Source: Gordius albopunctatus (lineage: Eukaryota). Taken from it: a stretch of DNA of 64,000 nt. Of the stretch, positions 28,135 through 40,800 are shown piece by piece. Under the pieces are notes generated by a model that ran no database searches, was not told where the DNA came from, and saw only the letters and a list, made by a program, of their open reading frames with translations. The stretch's first letter is position 1. Each line of letters starts with the position of its first letter. Location: assembly GCA_964276515.1 (NCBI GenBank), contig OZ193909.1, positions 620,001 through 684,000 on the forward strand. The letters run 5' to 3'. Position numbers and translations under genes: made by a program.

Positions 28135-31100
28135 TATTGGCGCGGTCGAGAAAAAACCTATTCTGAAAATGGAGACTGTGGGAATACCTAATTTTAAACA
28201 AGGTGATAATATTTCAATATACATAATAACTATCACTAATATTTTTGAGGCTACAAATGTGGCTAAAGATACTCGATGCAAAATAATATTTGGATACATG
28301 GGTCAAAAGAATATTGAAAATTTAATAAATTTCCTATACCCTCCAGATATATCCTTGCTTAAATATGAGGACTTAATAAAATGAATGAAAAAGGTATTTC
28401 AACAAAAATGTACAATTTCCCACTCTAGTCTAGATTACAATTCATGAGATGTCTTAAAAGAAATGATGAAACTCTGATTAAATATGTAACAAGATTAAAA
28501 TCATCCGCAGAAAATTGTTACTTCAAAACTAATTTAGATGAACGGCTCCGTGACCAAATCTTAAATGGGTATCAAAATCTATCATTGGAAATTGATGTCA
28601 GGACAAGATGGCCTGAAGCTTTAAAGAAAGGGGGTGAAGTGGTAACATTTAAGGATATATACAATCTAGCTGAATCAATGGAGACAGCTAATAAAGAAGT
28701 TAGCACATCACAAGATTTAAACAAAATTCAAAATTATAAACCAAATCCAACGTACTCAAATCAAAAGAATAGACAATCAATAAAACAATTTTATACAAAG
28801 AAGGATGAACATCAACAATCATTCATAAGAAATTGCTATAGATGTGGGAAGTCACATGCAATGAAGCAATGTCCAGCATTTTTAAAAGAATGTTCCATAT
28901 GTCATCATAGAGAACACTTTGCAAAAATGTGCAAAACCTCAAACAAAGTAAGCCAGATTATTAATACAATTGGAAAAATTTATGACTTAAATAATGCAAC
29001 TCACCTTAAACCATATATCCATGTAAGGATAAATCAGAAAATTTTCAAAATGTTATATGATACTGGCTCATCAGTATCCGTAATCAACAAGAATATCTAC
29101 AACATTTTAAATACACCTAAATTAACACCATGCCCCGAGATAAAAGCTTTTGGAAATAATCCAGTTCCTATATGTGGAGAAACACAAGTCTATGTAAATT
29201 TAAACAATAAAACTTTAAAATTAACAGCTATTGTAACAACTGTAGAAGAAAAACCCATATTTTGTTTAAATTGGATGCAAGCTTTTAACCTAAAACTTCC
29301 TCATCAAGTTAAGATTAATGGTATAGAAGAAAAACCTCAAAACATAGAAGAGGAATTGGTTGAAAAGTATACCAATGTGTTCAGTGATTGCACTGACTGT
29401 ATTAAAGATTATGAGGTAAATCTTTTTGTAAAAGAAGAAGCCAAAGCCATAGCATTTCCTGCACGAAGAGTTCCTTTTCCACTAAGGAAGAAAGTTGAAG
29501 AGGAAATTAAAAGATTATTGGACGAAGATATAATTGAACATGTTGATCCTGCAGCAGCACTAATAACATTCCAATAGTAAATGTATTAAAATCAAATGAT
29601 TCCATTAAAATCTGCGGCGATTTTCGAGTTACTATCAATCCCTTCCTAACTTTAAACAACCATCTACTTCCGACATTTGACGATTTAATTCTGAAGATCG
29701 CAGGAGGGCAGAAATATACAGTAATCGACTTACGTGATGCCTATCTTCAGATGAAGGTCGAAGAAAAGTCGCGACATTATCTCACTATCGCAACACATTT
29801 AGGCTATTATCGATATAAACGTCTTCCATTTGGACTTTCGATAGCACTAAATTTATTCCAACGTTAAATGGTGGAATTATTAGATGGCATTCCCCATATC
29901 GGCGAACTTCTAGACGATATCATATTTACAGGGGTAAATGAAAATGACCACTTGCAAAATCTGAACCAAGTACTAAAGAGGGTAAAGGACGCTGGTCTAA
30001 AAGCAAAGAAGTAAAGGATTAAATTTTTCCAAAATTTAGTTAAATACTTGGGACATGTGATCGATGCAACAGCGATCCACCCGACTCAAGAGCGAGTGGA
30101 AGCCATTGTTAATTTCAAAGAACCACAAAACAAAAAAGAACTACCTTCCTTTTTAGGACTAGTTAATTATCAGAAAAGGTTCATCCCAATGCTACACGAA
30201 AAATGCGCACCCTTGCATGCATTGACGGGCTCATCAATATGTTGGAAATGGACGACTAAAGAGCAGAAGATTTTTAACGATGTTAAACTGATGCTTTCAA
30301 CGTCCAATGATTTGGTACCGTATTCAACCTCATTGCCGTTTTACCTAGCGGTAGATGCTTCTGAAACTGGTGTAGGTGCTGTACTATCACACTTATATGC
30401 AGACGGGTCCGAAAGAGCTATTGCGTACGCATCCAGGACTTTAAGCGAGTACGAAAAACGATACTCTACAATTAATCGGGAAGCGCGAGCCATTGTGTTC
30501 GGTGTTCAAAAATTCGATCAATACTTACGTAGTCGAAAATTTATTCGGAAATCATCGGGATTTATCGAAATTGATCAATAATAAATTAATTCGGTGGGCT
30601 TTATTTTTAAATGGATATCAATACGACATAAAATACCGATCAGGAAAGAACAATCAATGTGCTGATCCATTGTCGAGACTGCCAGATCTAAAATATCTTG
30701 AGACGGATCAGATCAATCACGTAGGACTACTCATGTTAGATGAATTAAAGTTAGATTATGAAATGCTAAAAACATCAATTAAACAAGATCCTTCTTGTCG
30801 TGAATTAATTTTAGCGATCAACCGGGAATGGCGGTTGGATTTTAAAAAATGCCGTTTTGACATGAAAACGTACTACAATCGAAGAGAGGAACTGTCATTT
30901 GAAGATGGATTATTATTGCGTGGCAATCAGTTAATAATACGGAGGAGCTTACAAAAGTTGGTTTTAAAAATATTACACCAAGGACATCCCGGTATTACAG
31001 GAATGCTTAATTTAGCCCGATATTATGTTTAGTGGCCCGGAATGGACAAGAGTATTGATTTGTTTGTAAAGGAATTTGACGCTTGTCAAGAAGGCCGACA

Positions 31101-31982
31101 AGCCGAACAAGAAGTTATCTTATATTCTTGGTCCGTACCTGACCGTCCTTGGGATCGAGTCCACATAGATATTGCCGGACCTGTCGAAGGAAATTATTGG
31201 TTGGTTTTAATTGATGCATTATCGAAATGGGTTCGTCGATTAAAAGACCACAAATTGTGAGGAAATTACGAAATTGGTTTTGCAGGTTCGGTATTCCCTT
31301 GCAAATAGTATCAGACAATGGACCACAATTTGTCGGTGAAGAATTCGCAAAATTTTGTGACAACAACAACATTAAGCACGTAACATCAACTCCATACCAC
31401 CCCAAAACAAATGGATTAGCTGAGAGAATGATTTGAACGCTAAAATCAAGATACTGGGCAGCAAGAAAATCAGGGGAACAGAAAGAATTATGTCTACAAC
31501 AAATAATTATGACATACAAGAATACACCTCAGGCAACCACGGGTAAAGCTCCTGCGGAATCGTTGTTGTGAAGAAGAGTAAGGACAACGTTCGACCTTAT
31601 TCGACTAGATCCGAAAGAAAAGTGGAAAGAGAGATTAGCTAAACAAAAGAGCTACCATGACCGAAAAGCGCGTTATAGAGAATTTAATGTTGGAGATCCA
31701 GTATGGGTTCGGAATGAAATTAAAGCGGGCTGGTACGAAGGATTTATCATGCAACGTAAAAGCCCATATTCATATAATGTTCGCACTGATAAAGGAATTA
31801 AAAGGAAACACGCGGATCAGTTAAAATTCAGGATGCAACCCCAGTTTGTCGGAACTAACGATACTAGTCTGGAAACAAATGGTGAAAAAGTTGCAAGTCC
31901 GATTACGTTAAGACGATCGACTAGAACGTCAAAACCACCTGTACGGTTCTACGATGAATTTCACATTTAAAATAGGGAGAAA

Positions 31983-32080
31983 TGTAATATATAGCGTAAT
32001 TTGTAATATCAGTTTTATATATACCGTGTGGATTAAAAATATATAATTGGTTTTTGATTTAAAACATATGTGAATTAGTA
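31983..32080 (+). repeat. 3' LTR (98 bp)
   Basis: Direct repeat of 28038-28134, preceded by the PPT. Confidence 0.93.
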
Positions 32081-32082
32081 AA

Positions 32083-32705
32083 GCTACTGATTGTATCGTG
32101 TAAGCTATGTTATTCCACATATCGTTAGCATTCTGCTGATCATCTATTTGTAGCCATTCAATTATTTGATAATTTTAAATATCCTTCAATTTTGGTAGCC
32201 GGAACCATTTGATTTTCCCATTTAATCTCTTCGGTTTTTGTGTTTTTGCCTTGGAGATGGTATACTCCATCACAAATAGTCTATGTTGGGCTGCAATAGC
32301 CTCCCCTGGTATAAACTTTCTTGATATTAAGAGTAAATCCATCTGCGAAGACCGATTACCACTTTTGTACGTTATTAGGTTATTTACGTTCTTTTTGAAG
32401 AAGTTATTTGTGATGGCCAAATCAAATGCCACGGCTATTTTCAATATTTCGTTTCTTTCATCATTTCTCTCTCCGTATCCATTTCCACCATGGTACCGTT
32501 CAAATCCTTCTCTTGTTTTGCCTACGTGACCATTCATATCCGCTCCAATTATAAATATCTCGGCTCGGGGTATTATGTGCAGCGTTTTGTCCAATTCTTC
32601 CCGAAAGTCATCCTTTTCTTCATCTGTGCATCCTGTTTGCGAAGCATATCCGGTCACTACATTAATCATCTGACCTTCCAACGTCATGAGTCGCCCACTT
32701 TTACT
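32083..32705 (-). mobile_element. RTE APE-domain fragment, same family as the element at 1-2787
   Basis: The reverse complement closely matches ~375-947 (IGADMNGHVGKTREG, AITNNFFKK, YKSGNRSSQMD). It retains a segment deleted from the first copy near 808. Confidence 0.9.
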
Positions 32706-32709
32706 TCGT

Positions 32710-33068
32710 ACCAAAATGAATTTCTCTTGCAGATTTTGTTTAGGACACAAATAAACAAGATTCAAAAAGGAAAATCTAATGGCCCAGTTGGAATACCTAT
32801 AGTAGCATTGCACGGATTACATGAAGAAGTAGTTACCGCCTACTCGAATCTCGTTAACAAGATATTGGTTGAAGAGCAAACTCCTGATCAATGAAGAGAT
32901 GCACGATTATACCTTTATTTAAAGATAAAGGAGATCCTCAGGAATGTCGCAATTACAGAGATATCAAGCTAATTTGCGACTCCCTGAAGTTTTTGGAAAG
33001 GATCTTAGTAACAAGGCTGAAAAGCGAGGTGGAAATATCGGCTAATCAATTTGGATTCGGGGCGGGGT
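32710..33068 (+). mobile_element. RTE RT N-terminal fragment from a different family
   Basis: KGKSNGPVGIP...PDQ*KRCTIIPLFKDKGDPQECRNYRDIKL...NQFGF. Confidence 0.85.
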
Positions 33069-33276
33069 GCGCTTGGATTTTAATAAAGGTTTTAATTAAC
33101 AAATTTTATAATAATTGTATACACAAATAAATTAAAGAGATTATTTAAATTCACAATGATAAAAATCCCTTATTAAGCTGGTGTAAATTTATGGACGAGA
33201 TAGTGCTGTATTTAATTTAACAATTTCCAATGTAAAATTATCTTTAGGGTCATTAGGGATACCGGTACTGTATGCG

Positions 33277-33454
33277 AAAATTCCCTTTCAATTGGGCCTC
33301 TAGCGGTTACGAATGACTCGAAGCGATTCCGAGCAGGAATTTGGGACTCCGTGTGTTTGGGGAGGAATTACGCGATCCCAGGGGCCTCCGTCTCGACTGT
33401 AACATTATATCCCCATTCGTATCCGATCTCTGCAAACAGCCTGTCCAACCCAAT
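33277..33454 (+). mobile_element. Fragment of the CRE-like LINE family
   Basis: Aligns by eye to 43735-43918 (GCGGTTACGA..CTCGAAGC.ATTCCGAGCAGGAATTTGGGACTCC...GATCTCTGCAAACAGCC). Confidence 0.85.
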
Positions 33455-33461
33455 TTTGATT

Positions 33462-33708
33462 AAAATAACAGAAAACTACTAAGGGTATTAGAGCCTCGCT
33501 TGTGGGACTGGTATAGCCCCGGGCATTTTTTTGATTTCTAGAAAATTCTTTGTTTTAAACCTCTCTGAAATTTAAAATATGGATTGTTATAGTGTAAAAG
33601 AAATTTCTAATGACTAAAAACATTTTTATGCAATTTTAAAAAAATAGTTTTAACATTTTTGTATAGGGTGCTGTAATTTTTTATGGCCACCATAGCTCCG
33701 GTCTCCCC
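33462..33708 (-). mobile_element. Terminal fragment of the pogo-like family
   Basis: Ends in ATAGCTCCGGTCTCCCC followed by TA. Inverted match to 37426-37639 and to the left end of 61083-62904. Confidence 0.75.
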
Positions 33709-34825
33709 TACTCAGGATTCTAAATCAAGAATTTTAGTGATAAATTTCTGTGATTTTTTGAGCTTCATAAACATTTATGCTACAATTTTATCCCATTTAT
33801 AGGTAAAATATTCAATTATAAATTCACTGCTTTGCTAAATTTAATTTGTTTTAAAAGTATTGAAATATTAATAATAAATATAGTCGGTCCTTTAATTATT
33901 TCAACCTTTCGTTAGTAGGGTAAAATTAATGGTCGTTTTGTTAATCATTTTTAAAATTTCATATAATATTATTTTGTTGTTTTTAATTATATTTCAAATA
34001 TTTGTTATCAAATTTGTGGTTAGTTCATATAACCAAAATAATTTAAATTTTGAAAATAGTATTATAAAATGTTTTTAAAACAGGGTAACCTTGCACATTT
34101 CTATAATATTTACAACTTAAAAACGAATTTTTCCAAATATCAGTAGCATTTTATTTACAATTTGCGCAGAGTTTAACAAATTTAATGGATATATAATACA
34201 ATTATGACCCGTATATTAGTAATGTAATGTATTAGATTTGCTTTTAAAAACGGGAATTTTTATATTCGACAATCTCAATGGCACCGAGTAATTAGATGTT
34301 AATTGTGACACTTGCCTTGATGGGTTAGTATAAGCGTTCGGGGGTAGATTACAGCAAGTCAAAGAATTCTGCTGGAAAATAGTGAAAATTTAGAAATTTT
34401 GTTTCCATTTATTTTAATTTATTATTATATTTTTTTAAAAATTTTAAAAAACCTCTATATATTCTTCCTCAAAATCAGGTTTGGGTGGGCTACTCTGACG
34501 ATAGCACGTAGAGGTGATTAAGATCAAATTTATAAAGACAAATATTGCTGCAGAAACGTATAATGCTATCAGTCTATTCTCGCGCGATTCTACACAGTAA
34601 AAGTATGAAAAAACCACTTTATACGCTAAAACATTTGCTTTAAAAATGTAAAATTTATTTTGTTTATATATAGTTTGTGAATTTATATTTAGAATAACTA
34701 GTAACCAAATTTATATTATGACGACGGAAGTATGTTGACAATATGCGCACGTTTATACTATGATAAATAAATAGCAAACGCGACGAGATTTTTACATCTG
34801 TAAAAATTTATTTAAAATTGCAAAA

Positions 34826-37800
34826 TTACGAAAGAAAAGTTAAGAGCAAAAGGAGTAGACAAGTAATTAGGGAGTATGTACTCAATCTAACTGGAATGGC
34901 ATTGCTTCGTATCCTGGAATCTTGAAAATTTAACGAGTTGTCGACCAGCTGACAAGAATCCTCTTCGCATTTTATCACGCGCTCTAAACATCTGCATGTC
35001 ACGTTACAATTTTTGTTTACCACGCTAAATTGCGATCCGTCCTCGTAAAATTTGCCCCAACCGTAACAGCCTAGACATAAAACCATTTTGGGCGAAATTA
35101 AATTAGGTTTTTAAAACAAAATTTAATTATATTTTAAAAATATAATTTCAATAAACCTCCGTCCGTTATATCAATGGACTGAGGATCTACTTTTAAGTTT
35201 CCCAATTTTCCTTCCATAATTGCCATCATGAGCAGACCTTTGATCATAGCTAAAGTTTCAGGTCTATCGCTTGCTACAGCTACTTTAGATTGCACGATAA
35301 CTGAACCTTTCCTAATAAGATATTTAGAAAGCATTTTAGTTTTTAATATAAATTTAGTTACAAAAAAATAAAATTTCTTTGATTTTTATTAAATAACGAG
35401 ATGCTTTAAATATTTTTAAAACACATTTTTCCTGTAAAATAAGTAGGATATACTTAAATCCAGAAATCATGACTTTTTGGAACTGTGGTATTCCAGATAG
35501 AACGTTTCTAATCTTTAAATATTAATACAAATTTAAAATTCTCTAAAATATAACCAATAAAAATATTTTACTAAATATGAATTGTACCTGCATTCTAATC
35601 TCGTTGGCTAAAAGCTGTGTTTCAGGATTGCTGGGATCCATAAGATTTCCATTCCATTCATTTTGAAGCTTGAAATTAAAGTTTAATGCTGAACCAGTGT
35701 CATTGTTGTTCTCTAGATGAGTATTCGTAGGTTCGTTTATCATGACAGGACCTTGAATCCATACAGAAAATTAGCATTAAATTGTAAAATAAAAAATCAC
35801 TTGTTACTGCCATGGGCATATGGGGGCAATTATGATTTAGGGAGGGGCAAAATCATGATTTTAAGTAAATTTAGCTATAGTTATAATATTTAAAATTAAC
35901 AAAAAATGGGTTTAGAGGGGACAGCCCACCCCATGGAAACGCCCGTGGTTACTGCCTTTTATTTGCGTTTTTATAAAAATCGTTGAATTCCAAACTCGTG
36001 CAGGGTCTGATGCAAATGGGATTCGTTGTTACGATAGGAGACACTTCATGTCTATTAATCGATCCATCCTCTTGCCTAGAAAATATATTTAGAAAAATTG
36101 AAAATTCTTATTTTAAACTTAAAGATATGAATTTTTATGAGAAAATGATATAGCTTGTATTTTATTTAGTATTGAATTTCTTCCTCTCAAAATATAGAAA
36201 TTGCTATGAAATGACGACGTTAACTTCTACCGCAATTATTAAAACATTTTAACAGATGCTTTAATAGAAATTTTTCTCGAATATATAATTATGTTTGTAT
36301 GGAGACGATTTCGAATAAAAATGGATATAATTAAAAATGAAAATCTTAATATCACCTGGTAAAATATGCTAATTCCTAGTTCATGTCTTATCTTAATTTC
36401 AAAACTCCTTCAAATGACTCTTATACATTTGCAAATATATTATTTATTTTTGTATCTCCCTAAATAAATTTATATGACAAACCTGACACTTTTGACAAAT
36501 AACTACTTTTAATTATAATAATATTTAAAAAGAAATCTATAAAATTTATAAACCATTCAGCTCCAACGTATGGGAAAAATAAGTAATTGCACTCGGTATC
36601 TGAAAATTGTACATCTTGTAACATATCGCTGGTCATACGTTTCCTCTTAAATTTCAGAGTTGTGGTCATATTAACGAAAGAACCTTCTATATCATAAATG
36701 TTTTGACTTATATCTTTCACCGGTTGTCCATAACTTGATGACCAGCTGTGTTGTATATCAAAAACTATTTTTTATCAAGTTATAAAATTAAAATATTGGG
36801 TTTAAAAGATATTTTACCTCTGTTTTTTATGATGACCAGTAGATAAACACAATTATCTAAACTAATGTTTTAAACAAAAGCCGAAATTTTATGAAACAAA
36901 TTGGCAGTTTTTCGCAATTTTATAAAAAGTTTAATTATTCGTGTATAATAAAAAATTTTCAGATTCTAAATTGAATCGTTATCAGCTGACTTACGAATCA
37001 AACACTACAACTTTTTTATCAGCCGTGATCCAGCCATATACGAGGTCGGAGTTTGGCATTTTACGATTTTTAGAGAATCCAATGCCCGTCCATTTATTCA
37101 TGGAATTTTGAGCAACAATAGTAAATGCGATATCGTCAGTTGCTTGTTGAAATGTCCAAGATGCTTTATAAGAACAGTCGGGATCCTTACAGTCAGGAGG
37201 ATACCTCCATTCGCTTATATCGCAAATTGGTAAAGTCGAATTGCCACCCTCTGTTGAGTTAGTTCGGACCGGTATGGGCTTAAGTTCAGGTTTTTCTTAA
37301 TATTGCGAATAATAATATTTATCAAGTATGAAAATTTTTGTTATAAAGTTTAGTGTAAGATAAAATCATATTTGAAATTCTTTAAAATAGGAATATACTG
37401 TCAACTTTAAGCGCGACGTGTAATAAGGGAGACCTGGGCTATCGTATCCATAAAAAAGCGCCCAAGACAAAAATGTTAAAAATAGTAAAAAAAAACTCAT
37501 AAAAATATTTTTAGTCCTAAATTCTATGTTAGACAATTTTTTACATTAAAACAATCGATATTTTTAAAACCAGAGAGGTTTAAAAAATACAAATTTCTAG
37601 AAAGCAAAAAAATTCCCGGGGTTATACATATCCCATAAGTAGAGCCCTGCACAGGCCGCCCGAATACCGGCCCGAGTCCGGCCCAATCCGATCGGGCTTT
37701 GGGCCGGGCAGAATTTAATAAAACAATCTGGCGTGGAGCTCGGGTCGGGCCTGATGAGGCGCCCCGACCCAATACCCAAGCCCGGCCCGAATTGAGTAGA

Positions 37801-40800
37801 GAAAACGAATCTTTTATGAAATATGATTTGAACAAACTCAACTCGATATTAAATAATTATTATCTTTGTACACCATAACTAATATAGCTTCCAAGCTCAA
37901 TCTTTTTCCTGTGTGTATTATAATATTTTGACCTAAATTGCAAATCTCATTCTAGTATTTAAATATATTCAAAGTAGCTGTAACTTTAGAAATAAAATAA
38001 GTAAATATTTTAAGAAGTTTTTTTTGGAACTGTTAGATAAAATATCTTTTATAAAGTTTGATTTCCAGTTTTAAATTATTAGCTGAATAAATTGTGGCGA
38101 GTAATGAAAATTTTATTTCAAACTTATTCTAGTTGTAAATTATGTGTAATAACAATGTAATGCATTATTTATTAAAATAATTTTCAAAAATTTAAAATAA
38201 ATTTTCAACAATTTTTATTTTAAAAGTAGGGCTCGGGTCGGGCCAAAAATAAAAAGTCGTTCGGGCCGGGCTCGGGCAGAAAAAAAGCAGGGTTATAATA
38301 CTCTTAGTAGTTTTTTGTTATTTTATTTATGAAAACTTTCAATTATCTTTAAAACAACTATAAAAGAGCTAAAATATCACATATACTTATTGTATAAATT
38401 GTTTTTTATTATTTGTTTTCAAGGCTTATTTCAGCTTAGGGTATTATTATGGCAAGAGGTAATGTTTTTTTGACTTTTAAAAAATAATTTCGATTTTACC
38501 ATAGAAATTTAGGACTTCAGATCCTCTTTGATCCGATCGTGTTCCATGATACTTAATTTCGCCATCCTTGTAAAAATTTCTATCGCTAGCGCTACCCTAT
38601 AAATTAATTATGTGTATTTTGTTGTTATTTTATAATTTTTTATACAGTTTCTATTCCGGAGAAAGGTCGATGAAAAGGGGCTTTTATGTTTTGACCTTTG
38701 GCCCACGAAACGTGCATGGGGGCGTTTATAATACTGTGATCCGCTAGATCTGAAGCTGTTTATAAGTTTTAACGTTTAAATCTATTAAGCATGGTCATTA
38801 AGTACACCTTTTTATAACTTTAAAAATCTAAAATTCTTTAAATATTCACATAAATGATTATAGTTTCTTTAAGATAAATGATGATATTATTACACATAAT
38901 TTTTTTCCTGAAAATGAGCGTTGTTGTCCCATCTTTTTCATAGCCCAAAGCTGCGGAAATATCATTGCGCCCGCCTAAAGTTTTGTCCAATATCGGAGTT
39001 GATCTATCTCGAGAATAGTAATCGTCAATTCTGAAGTAATAGCCATTAGCGTGCCCAATCACCACATCCAAGCAATCCATGGGATGGATGGCATTTCCCT
39101 CTAAAAAATAGGGCTTTTAGTAATTTATATTGGAGGTTTTAAAAATTTTAGATCTTGATTCTCAGTTGTAGCGTTGTAAAAACGGAAGCATATCTACTCA
39201 TTAAAGGTAGGTTCTTTAGTCCGTTTTTCCTCAAACCTTTGGTCTGTGAATGTTTAGTCGATTAAACAAAACCCAGTCGTTCTTACAACAATATTTGGTT
39301 GTTTACTAGTTGCTATATCATTAAGGTCCTCCTCGGATACCGGGACCCTGGGGGAATCTCTTGGCGAGGGTTCGCTTCCAGGTGTTTTGCCAGAACCTAG
39401 GGCGGGTTGTTCAGGATTAGGAACCAAAGCAGAACTGCTTTCGTGTTGAGGAATATCTAAGCCTCCCTCCGGAGCAGGGATTTCACTCCTAGGTTCAGGA
39501 GCTATGGTGGGAGATTTTTCTGGAACTGGATTTAAAGATGAATTGCTTTCTGGCTTAGGAACAGTTCCTAAAGATTGCTCCGAGGTAGGGATCAATGAGC
39601 TTTCTGGTTGAGGAATTATTATAGAATCAGGAGCAACATTTGTTGCTCGCTCCGATATGGGGACGGGTGAAGGTTTAGTTTCAGCCTTAGCGACCACAGA
39701 TTCTGCTCCAATCGTTGGCTCTTTCAAGGGTTCACTGGAAATCTGGCTAGGGGGAGAGTTAGGTAGTGGTTGAGTCGAGGTAGAACTTTGTGTGGAGGTC
39801 GGAGCAGCAGTAACTAATTGCGAAATTTTTAGTACTTTTTTATCCCTATCGGTGCTGACTAAAGCAATAGGGGTCGTCTTTAGCCCTGGCATATCATTAG
39901 TGACTAGGGGATAATCTCCTTCGTTTCCCTGTTTAAAAGTTGCATTAAGAGCTTGCCTCTTGTTCCTTACAGTGGCGGGGGATTCTGGTTTCGGTAGTGC
40001 TTCGGCCTTGGGTTCTGGTTCCACCTCGGCAACCGGCTCATTTTTACTGACCGGTTCTTTTCGAGGAATAGTTGCTTCCTTTATATTGGCTTTTTGATCG
40101 GCTTTGGGATATAAAGGAACTCCTCCGTACTGCAGATTAATTGGAAAATGTTGACATTTCGATCGCAAATCTATACAAAATGAGCAAAGTTAGAATAATA
40201 ATTAATTTATCAATTTGAACTAGTGTTCTACAAACGCCTGGATCTTGTTTCGTCGACCTTTGGTTCAAGTTGACGAAAATTATTGAATAGACCAACAATT
40301 TTTTGGTCTGGTTTTCTTGATCGACCACAAGGCTTGGTCTAAATTTTAAAAATAGACCAGAGTCTCGGCCGTTATTCTTAGTTAGACCCAAGGTCGACCA
40401 CACAAATCCCAGCTGTTTTTAATTCAAGTTATAAGAAATTTTAAATACTGTTTGGACGCCATCCCAGCCCTAGCCAATTGGTGGTGTTGGCTCTGAGAAC
40501 CATTTCAATTTCATTTAGTTCGGGAAATAGTCTCCAGTAAAGGGTATATTCATTCCCAGGTTGAGTAGATAGGTGTCTTAGGTTATAGTAACGAGGGTCA
40601 AAATCCCAAGTATTTAAAGTTGAAACTGATAAAATTTTTGAATAAATAAATGTAATTTATTAATTTTTATAATAATTTTTTTTAAAATTATTTTTTAAAA
40701 ATTTCAAAATTTATACCCTTGGAACAATCTGTTCCCATGAATCCCCATTTACAATAACACACTTTTTGGGGAAAAGTATTAGCTTTGGTATCAATACATT

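Larger units (their letters stand above)
28038..32080 (+). mobile_element. Ty3/Gypsy LTR retrotransposon (Mag-like), structurally complete but with disrupted gag-pol
   Basis: LTRs at 28038-28134 and 31983-32080 differ by 2 substitutions and 1 indel. PBS TGGCGCGGTCG at 28138; PPT AAAATAGGGAGAAA before the 3' LTR. Gag has two zinc knuckles (CYRCGKSH...C, CSICHHREHFAKMC). Order is protease (YDTGS), RT (ICGDFR, IDLRDAYLQ, LLDD), RNase H (VDASETGVGAVL), integrase (LHQGHPG, PWDRVHID, VSDNGPQF, NGLAER). Many stops and frameshifts. Confidence 0.96.

Noticed and set aside
35444..35453. Minus-strand donor GTATATCCTA resembling a U12 5' splice site
   Set aside because: Does not match GTATCCTT in register, and no U12 branch site was seen near the acceptor.
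37524..37841. 105-aa and 60-aa ORFs
   Set aside because: They arise from GC-rich transposon subterminal repeats inside an intron.
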